Shown piece by piece: positions 1 to 8,781 of a stretch of DNA of 32,000 bases. The notes beneath the pieces are model-generated. The model made no database searches, was not told the DNA's origin, and worked only from the letters and a program-made list of their open reading frames with translations. The position numbers and the translations under genes were made by a program. Source of the DNA: Roseovarius aestuarii (GTDB lineage Bacteria > Pseudomonadota > Alphaproteobacteria > Rhodobacterales > Rhodobacteraceae); the NCBI GenBank assembly GCA_027214255.1, contig JAPWHL010000006.1, positions 141,348 to 173,347 on the forward strand. Direction: 5' to 3'. The first letter of the stretch is position 1. Each line of letters opens with the position of its first letter.

Positions 1-903
1 CCGGTTGTTCAGCTGGATCTGACAAGGTTGGTCAATCAGGATTATTGGTTTGTGCACCGCGCCGATCTGATCGACATCCTGCATCGCGGCGCATGTGCCG
101 CCGGGGTGGAAATTCGCCTGAACGCGCGGGTCAACGATCCGTCGCATTTGGACGCGGATGTGATTATCGGCGCGGATGGGCTGCATTCGGTCATGCGCAA
201 AGGGTTGAATGGAACACTTGCGCCGTTTTTCACCCGTCAGGTTGCATGGCGCGCCGTCGTACCCCATGACGGGAGCCGTTCGGGCGAGGCGCGTGTTCAT
301 ATGGCGCCGTATCGGCATTTGGTGAGTTATCCATTGCGCGGCGGCAACGCGTTAAACCTGATTGCAGTCGAAGAACGGGCCGAGTGGTCAGAAGAAAGCT
401 GGAGCGCGCCGGGCGACCCGAACGAGCTGCGCACGCGGTTTGCAGATTTTGGCGCAGACGCACAGTCAATCTTGGCCAAGGTGGAGCGCGTTGGGAAATG
501 GGGCCTGTTTCGTCATCCAGTCGCGCCGGTCTGGGGACAGGGGAACCACGCGCTATTGGGCGACGCCGCACATCCCACCCTGCCATTCATGGCGCAGGGC
601 GCGTCATTGGCGCTGGAGGATGCGTGGGTTCTGGCCCAGTCCTTGAGCGACGCGCCGAGTGTCGAAACCGCTCTGAGCCAGTACCAGGCCGTGCGCGTGC
701 CGCGCGCAACCAAGATCGTGAATGCCGCCAGTGGCAATGCGTGGAAATACCACCTTTCGTCGCGCCCGTTGCGCTTTGCCGCGCATAGCGCGCTGCGGCT
801 GGCAGGGGCCGTGGCACCGAGACGGATGATGGGACAATTCGCGTGGATTTATGATCATGATGTCACCGGCGGCCAAACCCTTGCGACGTCTGCTATTTCT
901 TAA
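1..903 (+). CDS. FAD-dependent monooxygenase (UbiH/salicylate-hydroxylase-like), N-terminus outside the window
   Basis: Frame 1 is open from nt 1 with no stop before listed ORF 28..903, so the gene starts upstream of the window. It carries the flavoprotein-monooxygenase fingerprint GDAAHPTLPFMAQGASLALEDA. Stop TAA at 901-903. Confidence 0.8.
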   Translation, partial: PVVQLDLTRLVNQDYWFVHRADLIDILHRGACAAGVEIRLNARVNDPSHLDADVIIGADGLHSVMRKGLNGTLAPFFTRQVAWRAVVPHDGSRSGEARVHMAPYRHLVSYPLRGGNALNLIAVEERAEWSEESWSAPGDPNELRTRFADFGADAQSILAKVERVGKWGLFRHPVAPVWGQGNHALLGDAAHPTLPFMAQGASLALEDAWVLAQSLSDAPSVETALSQYQAVRVPRATKIVNAASGNAWKYHLSSRPLRFAAHSALRLAGAVAPRRMMGQFAWIYDHDVTGGQTLATSAIS

Positions 904-1315
904 CAGGGTTCTTGAGAGGCTCGCCGTAAAGTTCCATCTTGTGCCCCTTAAGGCGATAGCCCAGACGCGCCGCGATACGCTCTTGCAAGGCTTCGATCTC
1001 GGGGTCGAAAAATTCAATCACATCGCCCGTATTGAGATCAATCAGGTGGTCGTGATGGGCGCGTTCGGCGTCTTCATAACGTGCGCGTCCATCGCCAAAA
1101 TCGACCCGATCAAGAATGCCGGATTCCTCAAACAGCTTGACGGTGCGATAGACCGTTGCGATGGATATGCCCGGATCACGCGCCACCGCGCGCGCAAACA
1201 GCTCATCCACGTCTGGATGGTCGTCGGCTTCCTCCAGCACAGCAGCAATGACGCGGCGTTGGCCAGTCATGCGCAGGCCCCGGGCGGCGCAGCGGTCGGT
1301 AATGGTGTCAGACAT
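893..1315 (-). CDS. irr: Fur-family transcriptional regulator, Irr-type (iron response regulator-like)
   Basis: Winged-helix Fur fold pattern (RMTGQRRVIAAVLEEADDHPDVDELF...ISIATVYRTVKLFEESGIL). His-rich HHDH motif and no C-terminal CxxC pairs, as in Irr. The ATG at 1315 (MSDTI...) is preferred over 1327 because GAGG lies about 6 nt upstream. The 3' end overlaps the convergent monooxygenase gene by 11 nt (893-903). Confidence 0.7.
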   Translation of the reverse strand: MSDTITDRCAARGLRMTGQRRVIAAVLEEADDHPDVDELFARAVARDPGISIATVYRTVKLFEESGILDRVDFGDGRARYEDAERAHHDHLIDLNTGDVIEFFDPEIEALQERIAARLGYRLKGHKMELYGEPLKNPVKK

Positions 1316-1676
1316 GTGCGGCCTCATCGGAACGTAGCATTAAGTTTACTGGACGACCGCGCGGGTTTCCACCGCTTTTCGGTCAGGGTGGTTGACTTTG
1401 GCAGGCAAGGGGCGCATATGCCCTTTAACCGATATGTCCTGCCGCGTGAGCAGTCGGGCCGCCTAATGCGCCGCCCATATCTTTGACATATCGCTGAATG
1501 ATCCCAAAATCACGCGTGGGGCCAGCCGCCGGATCGGCGCGACAGGCATTCGGCCTGCGTGTCAGGGCTTGGCGGAACCACGACGGGCCGGGCGCAATGA
1601 TGCGCGTGCGCCCCTTCGGGCCATTTGGGCCCGTGACTGGTGTGGGGCCACGCCCCGCGCTGAGAGGAATAAGAAT

Positions 1677-3011
1677 TTGAATTTGTTTGAAGAAATGGGC
1701 CTGCCAACGGTCCTCGTGCGTAAACTGGGCCATATGGGTATTACCGAGCCTACCCCGATTCAGACCCATGCCATCCCCTATGCGCTGGATGGTCATGACG
1801 TGATGGGCCTGGCCCAGACCGGTACGGGCAAAACGGCGGCTTTCGGTTTGCCTTTGATCGCGCAGATGATGGAGGCGGACGAACGTCCAGCCCCGAAAAC
1901 CGTCAGTTCGCTGATCCTTGCACCGACGCGCGAATTGGCCGGGCAGATCAAAGATACATTGATGCCGCTGGTCAAGGATACGCCGATGAAAATCGGGGTG
2001 GTTGTCGGTGGGGCTTCGATCAATCCACAGATCAAGCGGCTGGAAAAAGGCACGCATATCCTTGTGGCCACACCCGGCCGCCTGCTGGACCTGATTGACC
2101 GGCGCGCGATCCGTCTGGACGCGACCCGCTTTCTGGTGCTCGACGAGGCGGATCAGATGTTGGACATGGGGTTCATCCACGCGCTGCGCAAGATTTCCGC
2201 ATTGGTACGTCCCGAGCGTCAGACCATGCTGTTTTCGGCCACCATGCCAAAACTGATGGAAGAAATCGCCGCCAGCTACCTGAAAAACCCAAAACGCGTG
2301 CAGGTTTCGCCTCCGGGCAAGGCTGCTGACAAGGTCACGCAAGAGGTGCATTTCGTTGCCAAGGCAGCCAAGCCTGATCTGTTGATCGAGCTGCTGGCCA
2401 AGCACCGGGACGAGCGCGCGTTGGTTTTTGGACGCACAAAACACGGGTCCGACAAACTGGCCCGCAAACTAGAAAGCGCCGGCTTCAAAGTGGCCGCGAT
2501 TCACGGCAACAAAAGCCAAGGACAGCGCGAGCGCGCGTTGAGAGCGTTTCGTGACGGGGATGTCAAAATCCTTGTTGCCACCGATGTGGCCGCACGCGGA
2601 CTGGATATTCCTGACGTGAAGCATGTCTACAACTTTGATCTGCCCAACGTGCCAGAAAACTATGTTCACCGCATCGGGCGGACCGCACGGGCGGGCAAGG
2701 ATGGTGCGGCTATTGCCTTTTGCGCGCCTGACGAGATGGGTGAATTGAAAGATATCCAGAAAGTGATGGGCATTTCGATCCCGATCGCGTCGGGTCGTCC
2801 TTGGGAAGACCTGCCTGATCCCAAGGCCAAATCGGGCCGTGGTGGCGGTGGTGGCGGTGGTCGTGGCCGTGGTCGCGGTGGTAAGCCGGGCGGCGGTGGC
2901 GGCGGTGCCAAGGGTAACGCCCCTGCGGGTGACGGAGCAGCGAAGCCCCGTCGCCGGCGTCGCAGCGGCGGTGGTGGGGGCGGTCGCCCGAATGCCTCTC
3001 ACGCGGCCTAA
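1677..3011 (+). CDS. rhlE: DEAD-box ATP-dependent RNA helicase (RhlE-like) with a Gly/Arg-rich C-terminal tail
   Basis: Q-motif (F..GL...TPIQ), motif [19 protein letters not shown] (VLDEAD), SAT, HGN..Q..R and HRIGRTAR. The start is placed at TTG 1677 (MNLFEEMGL) with GAGAGG at 1662-1667, because the Q-motif Phe must be included and upstream ORF residues look non-coding. The start is uncertain (alternative 1569). Confidence 0.88.
   Translation: MNLFEEMGLPTVLVRKLGHMGITEPTPIQTHAIPYALDGHDVMGLAQTGTGKTAAFGLPLIAQMMEADERPAPKTVSSLILAPTRELAGQIKDTLMPLVKDTPMKIGVVVGGASINPQIKRLEKGTHILVATPGRLLDLIDRRAIRLDATRFLVLDEADQMLDMGFIHALRKISALVRPERQTMLFSATMPKLMEEIAASYLKNPKRVQVSPPGKAADKVTQEVHFVAKAAKPDLLIELLAKHRDERALVFGRTKHGSDKLARKLESAGFKVAAIHGNKSQGQRERALRAFRDGDVKILVATDVAARGLDIPDVKHVYNFDLPNVPENYVHRIGRTARAGKDGAAIAFCAPDEMGELKDIQKVMGISIPIASGRPWEDLPDPKAKSGRGGGGGGGRGRGRGGKPGGGGGGAKGNAPAGDGAAKPRRRRRSGGGGGGRPNASHAA
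2832..3008 (+). repeat. Low-complexity GGC/GGT/CGT-rich stretch encoding the RhlE Gly/Arg tail
   Basis: Encodes [59 protein letters not shown]. The DNA is degenerate ggtggc/ggtcgt triplet repeats, which also creates spurious ORFs in other frames and on the other strand. Confidence 0.8.
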
Positions 3012-3091
3012 GGCGGCATCGGCCAACTGCATGTTTGGACATCGGGCAGGGGGAAACCCCTGACGCATTCCAAGCTTTGAGACATGAATTT

Positions 3092-3131
3092 AACGCCTGT
3101 CGGATTTTTGATCCGGCAGGCGTTTTGTTTT
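3092..3131 (+). terminator. Rho-independent terminator downstream of rhlE
   Basis: A 13-bp stem AACGCCUGUCGGA (3092-3104) pairs with UCCGGCAGGCGUU (3112-3124) with one G:U pair. The loop is 7 nt. It is followed by TTGTTTT (3125-3131). Confidence 0.75.
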
Positions 3132-3239
3132 GGACCCAGCCGAGCGATTTGTGACAGTTGCGGACCAAACCGATGTTTTGAGTGCGACCGGACCTGCATC
3201 ACGTCGAACAGTCCGAAACGGGATGGTTACACCGTGCGT

Positions 3240-4661
3240 TCAGGTGCCGCAGAAGGTTTGCTGAACCACCTCATGCGGGGCAGGTGGTGCCTGCAGGTCT
3301 TCTGCGCCGGGCTGGTCAGAATAGGGCATGGAGAGGACCTGTAACAGGCGCTCAAACGGGGCGTAATCACCGGCGACGGCCGATTGGATCATCTGTTCAA
3401 TACGGTGGTTGCGTGGAATGAAGGCCGGATTGGCGGTTTTCATCCGCTCTTGCCAACCGTTTTCCTTCTTGATTCGCGCGCGCCAACGTGTGTCCCATAC
3501 GTCAAAAACTTCAGGGTTTACAAACTGATCCCGTGCACCGGGGGATCCCAAGGCACGGAACGTATTGGTGAAATCGGCGCGGCCATCCTGCATGATGCTT
3601 AGCAGATCATTGATCAGGCTTCGGTCTGTTTCGTCGGCGTGTGTCACGCCGATCTTGGGCGCAAAGGCGGTCAGCCATTCCGCGTCGATCATGGCGGGCA
3701 TGGCGTGAACAGCCTTGGTGAAATCAATAACCGCGGCGTCTTCATCCGGCGTCATCGGGATCAGCGCGCTTGCAAGTTGTGCCATGTTCCACACGATGAC
3801 CTCGCGTTGATTGTCATAGGCATAACGCCCCTGCCGGTCGATGGAGCTGAACACCGTGACTGGGTGATAGCTATCCATAAAGGCGCAGGGGCCATAATCG
3901 ATCGTTTCGCCCGAAATCGCGCTGTTGTCGGTGTTCATCACCCCGTGGATAAAGCCGACCGCCATCCAGCGCGCGACCAGATGCGCCTGGCGCGCAATCA
4001 CTGCGCGCAAAAAGTCACCGGGTGTCTTGGTGTCGGGGTAATGCCGCGCGCGGGTGTATTCAAACAACTGCCGCAGTCCCTCAATATGTTGACGTGCCGC
4101 AAAGTACTGAAACGTGCCGACCCGGATATGGCTGGAGGCGACACGGGCCAAAACGGCACCGGGCAATCCGCCTTGCTGGCGAAACACCATCTCGCCTGTC
4201 AGGGTTGCGGCCAAGGCACGGGTGGTCGGGATGCCCAAGGCATGCATCGCTTCGCTGACCACATATTCGCGCAACACAGGCCCCAGCCACGCACGTCCGT
4301 CGCCATTGCGCGAGAAGGGTGTCGGCCCCGAACCTTTTAACTGAATGTCGCGCCGGTGCCCGTTAGGATCAACAATTTCGCCCAGCAAAACAGCGCGTCC
4401 ATCGCCCAACTGTGGCGAGAAGCCGCCAAACTGGTGCCCTGCATAGGCCTGTGCCAAGGGAAACGCGCCTTTGGGCAGTGCATTTCCGGCGAATATGGTT
4501 GCCAGTTCGTCGCTCACACCGCCATCAATGCCGAGTTCGGACGCCAAGGCGGTGTTGAAACGGATCAATTGCGGGTGTTGTACCGGAACCGGGGCCTGAC
4601 GCGCGTAGAATTCAGGCGGCAAGGTGGCGTAGGTATTGTCGAAGGGAATATTTATGCTCAT
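3240..4661 (-). CDS. selO: Protein adenylyltransferase SelO/YdiU family (UPF0061 pseudokinase-fold AMPylase)
   Basis: 473 aa. The N-terminus MSINIPFDNTYATLPPEFYARQAPVPV and the internal HGVMNTDN.. / GETIDYGP motifs are typical of YdiU/SelO. Confidence 0.85.
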   Translation of the reverse strand: MSINIPFDNTYATLPPEFYARQAPVPVQHPQLIRFNTALASELGIDGGVSDELATIFAGNALPKGAFPLAQAYAGHQFGGFSPQLGDGRAVLLGEIVDPNGHRRDIQLKGSGPTPFSRNGDGRAWLGPVLREYVVSEAMHALGIPTTRALAATLTGEMVFRQQGGLPGAVLARVASSHIRVGTFQYFAARQHIEGLRQLFEYTRARHYPDTKTPGDFLRAVIARQAHLVARWMAVGFIHGVMNTDNSAISGETIDYGPCAFMDSYHPVTVFSSIDRQGRYAYDNQREVIVWNMAQLASALIPMTPDEDAAVIDFTKAVHAMPAMIDAEWLTAFAPKIGVTHADETDRSLINDLLSIMQDGRADFTNTFRALGSPGARDQFVNPEVFDVWDTRWRARIKKENGWQERMKTANPAFIPRNHRIEQMIQSAVAGDYAPFERLLQVLSMPYSDQPGAEDLQAPPAPHEVVQQTFCGT

Positions 4662-4763
4662 GCGTTCTATCTAATCCCGGATGTGGCAATTGCCAGTGGC
4701 GGCGCGTGTCGAGGTGGGGGGATTTTGGGTATTTTCCCCAAGAAAAAGCCACTTGCGGTCGTT

Positions 4764-5213
4764 TTAAAGATAGCGCGACATGAGCGAATAGTGATCGCGT
4801 GCTTCAAAATGCAAGGATTGATAAAGGGCGCGTGCTTTGGAGTTGTCGCGGTGCACTTCAAGATGCAGCGCTTTCATGCCCGCGCCAGCCAGTGCCTTGG
4901 GTAAGCTGCGCAACACGTCGCTGCCAATACCGCGCCCGCGCACGCCGGGGCGGATATAGATTTCATCAAGGAAACCGTCCATTCCACCGAAGGCCAGCGA
5001 CCAGCCAAAGCTGATACAGACATAACCGATGGGCGCACGCACCGGACCAATGATATAGATTGCCCCATGCGGCGAGCCATCCAGCAAGGGCGCGACCCCC
5101 GCGCGGCGGGTGGCATCATCGACATCGTCAATACCTTCTTCGGCATGAAAGGCCGCCACCAAGGGAAGCAGCCGTTCCAGATCGTCGGGTTTGGCAAGGG
5201 TCAGGGCAGTCAT
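4764..5213 (-). CDS. GNAT-family N-acetyltransferase
   Basis: 149 aa with acetyl-CoA-binding motif A (IRPGVRGRGIGSDVL). Its ATG overlaps the stop of the upstream hydrolase gene (ATGA at 5210-5213). Confidence 0.8.
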   Translation of the reverse strand: MTALTLAKPDDLERLLPLVAAFHAEEGIDDVDDATRRAGVAPLLDGSPHGAIYIIGPVRAPIGYVCISFGWSLAFGGMDGFLDEIYIRPGVRGRGIGSDVLRSLPKALAGAGMKALHLEVHRDNSKARALYQSLHFEARDHYSLMSRYL

Positions 5214-6148
5214 AGCCGGGCCAGCCTTTCTGTCATCAGGTTAAACAATGCTTCGGCGTCAACGTCGCCAAGAAACAATGCGTTTGCTGAGCGATCCGTA
5301 ACCCCCCACCAGTCGGCGACGGTCATGCCCATTGTCAGCTCGGACGAGGTTTCGATTTCGACATTGATCTGTCGGCCCGAAAATAGGTGGGGGGCCAGCA
5401 GCCAGGCAATAACGCAGGGGTCATGTAACGGGGCACCGGGGGCGCCATACTTCGTGCTGTCATAACGGTCGGCAAATGCCGTGAGCTGTGCCACGGCGCG
5501 ACCAACGGCTGTGCCGATCGCGTTAAAGGCGGCGTTACGTGCCGGTGTCACAAGAGCCTTGTGCGTGACATCCAGTGGCACCACCGTGAGTGCAACGCCC
5601 GAAGCAAAGACCATTGCGGCTGCGTCAGGATCAACATGGATGTTGAACTCGGCCGCGGGTGTGACATTGCCCGCCTTAAAATGAGAGCCACCCATCAAAA
5701 CGATCTGGCGCACGCGGGTGACAATATCGGGGGCTCGGGCAAAAGCCGTTGCGATGTTGGTCAGCGGGCCCAAAGGGCACAGCGTGATGGTTTTGGGCGG
5801 GGCCGACCGAAGCGTGTCGATCAGGAAGCCCACCGCATGAACGGGTTGCAAAGGCATGTCGGGCAAAGGCAGGTCCGGCCCGTCCATCCCGCTGTGCCCG
5901 TGCACATGCTCGGCTGTGATCAAGGCGCGTCCCATAGGGCGGTCACACCCGCCGTAGACGGGGATGTCAGCGCGTCCCGCCAGTTCGCAAATCTTGCGTG
6001 CATTCAATGTGGTAAGGTTCAGCGCCACGTTGCCAGCCACACAGGTCAGGCCCAGAACCTGAAGTTCGGGGCTGGCCAAGGCCAAAAGGATCGCCACGGC
6101 GTCGTCTTGCCCCGGGTCCGTGTCTATGATGATCTGTTGCGTTTCCAT
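5210..6148 (-). CDS. Nucleoside hydrolase (inosine/uridine-preferring family)
   Basis: N-terminal IIIDTDPGQDDAVAILLAL, the DxDxxxDD Ca-binding fingerprint of IU-nucleoside hydrolases. 312 aa. Confidence 0.88.
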   Translation of the reverse strand: METQQIIIDTDPGQDDAVAILLALASPELQVLGLTCVAGNVALNLTTLNARKICELAGRADIPVYGGCDRPMGRALITAEHVHGHSGMDGPDLPLPDMPLQPVHAVGFLIDTLRSAPPKTITLCPLGPLTNIATAFARAPDIVTRVRQIVLMGGSHFKAGNVTPAAEFNIHVDPDAAAMVFASGVALTVVPLDVTHKALVTPARNAAFNAIGTAVGRAVAQLTAFADRYDSTKYGAPGAPLHDPCVIAWLLAPHLFSGRQINVEIETSSELTMGMTVADWWGVTDRSANALFLGDVDAEALFNLMTERLARL

Positions 6149-6211
6149 TCACGGGGACAATGGCGTTCGCGCGCGGAATTGTCCATGCGTCGCCCGGTGT
6201 CCTGTGTCGCC

Positions 6212-6433
6212 TTATGCCTTGTCGCGGTAATGGTTCAGCACAAAGACGCGGATGGCCGAGGCCAGCCCGATGTCCGGCCCGCGCGCGGCGTCAATACGGG
6301 CCGCGAGCGCGTTGATCGGTGAGCCGGATTGTGCGGCAATGTCGCGAAAGGCCTGCCAGAACTCGGCCTCAAGCGAGACCGAAGTTCGGTGCCCGTGTAA
6401 GGTAAGCGAGTGTTTGACAGGCCGCTGTGACAT
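6212..6433 (-). CDS. Ribbon-helix-helix domain protein (RHH_4-like small protein)
   Basis: 73 aa. The pattern HSLTLHGHRTSVSLEAEFWQAFRDIA...LAARID matches the small RHH proteins commonly found beside fumC in alphaproteobacteria. This is recognition from memory, not a search. Confidence 0.65.
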   Translation of the reverse strand: MSQRPVKHSLTLHGHRTSVSLEAEFWQAFRDIAAQSGSPINALAARIDAARGPDIGLASAIRVFVLNHYRDKA

Positions 6434-6444
6434 GCGCGGTATGT

Positions 6445-6639
6445 TCAGGCCGTGCCGTTGCCGTCATCGCTCAGCTTTTTGCCACTGAGGTTTGCGGCAA
6501 TTTTCGCCGCTTTGGCCTTGAGCAGGTCCTTTTGGGCCTTGCTTTGGCCAAAACCGACTGCGTTTTCATCCGCGCGGGCTTTGCGAGAGGCGCGATTACG
6601 CTCTTTCTTGACTTGGTTCAGGTTGATGGGGGCGCTCAT
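6445..6639 (-). CDS. DUF4169-family small basic protein
   Basis: 64 aa. [37 protein letters not shown] resembles DUF4169 proteins. Its ATG overlaps the fumC stop (ATGA at 6636-6639), suggesting translational coupling. Confidence 0.65.
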   Translation of the reverse strand: MSAPINLNQVKKERNRASRKARADENAVGFGQSKAQKDLLKAKAAKIAANLSGKKLSDDGNGTA

Positions 6640-8027
6640 TTGGGTCCTACCATGTTTTCGGGCCGCACAACGCGGTCGAATGTTTCGGCATCGACAAATC
6701 CAAGGGCAATTGCTTCGTCCTTGAGTGTCGTGCCATTCTTGTGGGCGGTTTTGGCCACCTTGGTGGCGTTGTCATAGCCGATTTCGGGGGCCAGTGCCGT
6801 GACCAGCATCAGGGATTCGCGCATCAGCTTGTCGATGCGAGGTTCGTCGGCTTGCAGGCCGTCGACGAGATTGTCAGTGAACGCGCTGGCCGCGTCGCCC
6901 AAAAGCTGCATGGATTGCAAGACGTTGTAAGCCATCATCGGCTTATACACGTTCAGTTCGAAATGCCCCTGAGACCCTGCAAAGCCGACAGCGGCGTCGT
7001 TACCCATGACATGGGCGCAGACTTGCGTCAGGGCCTCGCATTGGGTTGGGTTGACCTTACCGGGCATGATCGAGCTACCCGGTTCGTTCTCGGGCAGGAT
7101 CAACTCGCCCAGACCACAGCGCGGGCCCGATCCCAATAGACGGATGTCGTTGGCGATTTTGAACAGTGAGCCCGCAACCACGCGCAGTGCGCCCGAGATT
7201 TCGACCATCGCGTCATGGGCGGCAAGCGCCTCAAACTTGTTGGGGGCCGTCACGAAGGGCAGGCCGGTGATCTGCGCCATATTACGCGCAACCATCACGT
7301 CCCAGCCTTTGGTGGTGTTCAGACCCGTGCCGACGGCCGTGCCGCCCTGCGCCAGTTCATAAATCCGTCCGAGCGCGTCTTTAATGCGTTGGATGCCCAT
7401 GGCAACTTGGTGGGAGTAGCCGGAGAATTCCTGCCCCAACGTCAGCGGTGTGGCATCCTGTGTGTGGGTGCGGCCGATCTTGATGATGTGATCCCAATCC
7501 TTGGCCTTTTTGGCCAGCGCGCTGTGCAGTTTTTCGAGCCCGGGCAAGGTCACGTCATGCGCGGTCATTGCTGCGGCGATATGCATGGCAGTCGGGAACG
7601 TGTCGTTGCTGGATTGGCCCATGTTGCAATGGTCATTGGGGTGCACTGGATCTTTGGAGCCGATAGTGCCGCCCAACAGCTCAATCGCGCGGTTAGCGAT
7701 CACTTCGTTGGCGTTCATGTTGGACTGTGTGCCTGATCCGGTTTGCCAGACCACGAGGGGAAAGTTGTCGTCCAGCTTGCCTGCGATCACCTCGCCAGCG
7801 GCTTCGATGATGGCGTTGGCGCGGGTATCGTCCAGTTTGCCCAGTTCCTGGTTGGCCTGGGCACAGGCCTTTTTGATCACGCCAAGGCCGCGCACGATGG
7901 CGATAGGCTGTTTTTCCCAACCGATGGGAAAGTTCAGGATCGAGCGTTGGGTTTGAGCGCCCCAATATTTGTCTGCGGGGACCTCAAGGGGGCCAAAGCT
8001 GTCGGTTTCTGTGCGTGTGGCGGTCAT
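6636..8027 (-). CDS. fumC: Class II fumarate hydratase
   Basis: 463 aa with the fumarate-lyase signature [16 protein letters not shown] and an N-terminus [24 protein letters not shown] typical of FumC. Confidence 0.95.
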   Translation of the reverse strand: MTATRTETDSFGPLEVPADKYWGAQTQRSILNFPIGWEKQPIAIVRGLGVIKKACAQANQELGKLDDTRANAIIEAAGEVIAGKLDDNFPLVVWQTGSGTQSNMNANEVIANRAIELLGGTIGSKDPVHPNDHCNMGQSSNDTFPTAMHIAAAMTAHDVTLPGLEKLHSALAKKAKDWDHIIKIGRTHTQDATPLTLGQEFSGYSHQVAMGIQRIKDALGRIYELAQGGTAVGTGLNTTKGWDVMVARNMAQITGLPFVTAPNKFEALAAHDAMVEISGALRVVAGSLFKIANDIRLLGSGPRCGLGELILPENEPGSSIMPGKVNPTQCEALTQVCAHVMGNDAAVGFAGSQGHFELNVYKPMMAYNVLQSMQLLGDAASAFTDNLVDGLQADEPRIDKLMRESLMLVTALAPEIGYDNATKVAKTAHKNGTTLKDEAIALGFVDAETFDRVVRPENMVGPK

Positions 8028-8235
8028 ATGCGGCTCTCCTTGCGCGGCGTTGGCTCTGTCATAGCTATTGCAGCGGAAAGTGCAACATTATGGGCAACAA
8101 GGGGCAGGGCCTGAGCGCGAAGGCCCGGTGGCGGGCGCAGAGCGGAACATCCGACGGGATATCTGTCCACATTCCGATCCAAGGCCACGTTTGGCAGAAG
8201 CGCCAAGCAGGGTTGGGGGCGCGCAGTTGCGCAGG

Positions 8236-8709
8236 CTATTTGCGGAAACTGTCCAGACTCACGACTTCGCCATCGGTCTTTGCGGGAGTTGGAGCGGGCG
8301 GTTCGTCTGAGAATGCGTCGGCATCCAAATCATCGTCCAGATCGTCGTCATCCTCGGGTTGTGTTTCAAAACGCAATCCGAATTCGACGGAAGGGTCGAC
8401 AAAAGTCTGAATGGCGTCATAGGGCACATAAAGATCTTCGGGTGCGTCTCCGAAATTCAGCGTGATGGCGAATCCGTCGTCGCCAACCTCAAGATTGTCG
8501 TACCAGTGCTGCATCACCACGGTCATTTCCGCCGGGTAACGTTCCCGTAGCCAATCGGCAAGCCGGGCATCGGGGTGTTTGGTATCAAACGTAATAAAGA
8601 AGTGATGCGCCCCCGGCAGGCCGTTTTCCAGCACGCCTTGCAATACTTCCTGAATCAGGCCCCGCATGGCCCTGTGCATCAGGTTTCCATAGTCGATGGT
8701 TTGAGACAT
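8236..8709 (-). CDS. sspB: ClpXP specificity-enhancing adaptor SspB (alpha-type)
   Basis: 157 aa. It has the N-terminal SspB-like fold pattern (DYGNLMHRAMRGLIQEVL...GLPGAHHFFITFDT...MTVVMQHWYDNLEV...). An acidic disordered linker and a short C-terminal tail follow, as in SspB adaptors. Confidence 0.75.
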   Translation of the reverse strand: MSQTIDYGNLMHRAMRGLIQEVLQGVLENGLPGAHHFFITFDTKHPDARLADWLRERYPAEMTVVMQHWYDNLEVGDDGFAITLNFGDAPEDLYVPYDAIQTFVDPSVEFGLRFETQPEDDDDLDDDLDADAFSDEPPAPTPAKTDGEVVSLDSFRK

Positions 8710-8781
8710 CCGTGCCCTCGGTTTCTTGGTAGGTCAATCATACGGGATTCGGAGCAAAACAAAAGAGCCTGCGCGCAGGGA

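Noticed and set aside
1425-2444. Long antisense ORFs opposite real genes. Examples: 1425..2444(-) vs rhlE, 3639..4340(+) vs selO, 16301..17611(+) vs LicD, 20509..21540(+) vs pepM, 29178..29945(+) and 29994..30785(+) vs the dehydrogenase.
   Set aside because: These are typical high-GC shadow ORFs. Their translations are Arg/Gly/Ala/Pro-rich with no recognisable motifs, while the opposite strand carries strong family signatures.
4684-4695. Perfect 12-bp palindrome TGGCAATTGCCA upstream of selO
   Set aside because: About 32000/4^6, or roughly 8, perfect 12-bp palindromes are expected by chance in a window this size, and there is no supporting context.
6212-6639. RHH plus small basic protein as a toxin-antitoxin module
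   Set aside because: The 64-aa partner is a Lys/Ala-rich low-complexity peptide (DUF4169-like) with no toxin fold motifs. The pair is coupled to fumC rather than being an autonomous two-gene cassette.
8750-8780. Possible terminator after chrA: CCTGCGCGCAGG followed on the minus strand by CTCTTTTGTTTTG
   Set aside because: The palindrome leaves no room for a loop, so only a 4-bp stem with a 4-nt loop is possible. It also sits only about 40 nt upstream of the sspB start, leaving little space for a promoter. It is too weak to call.
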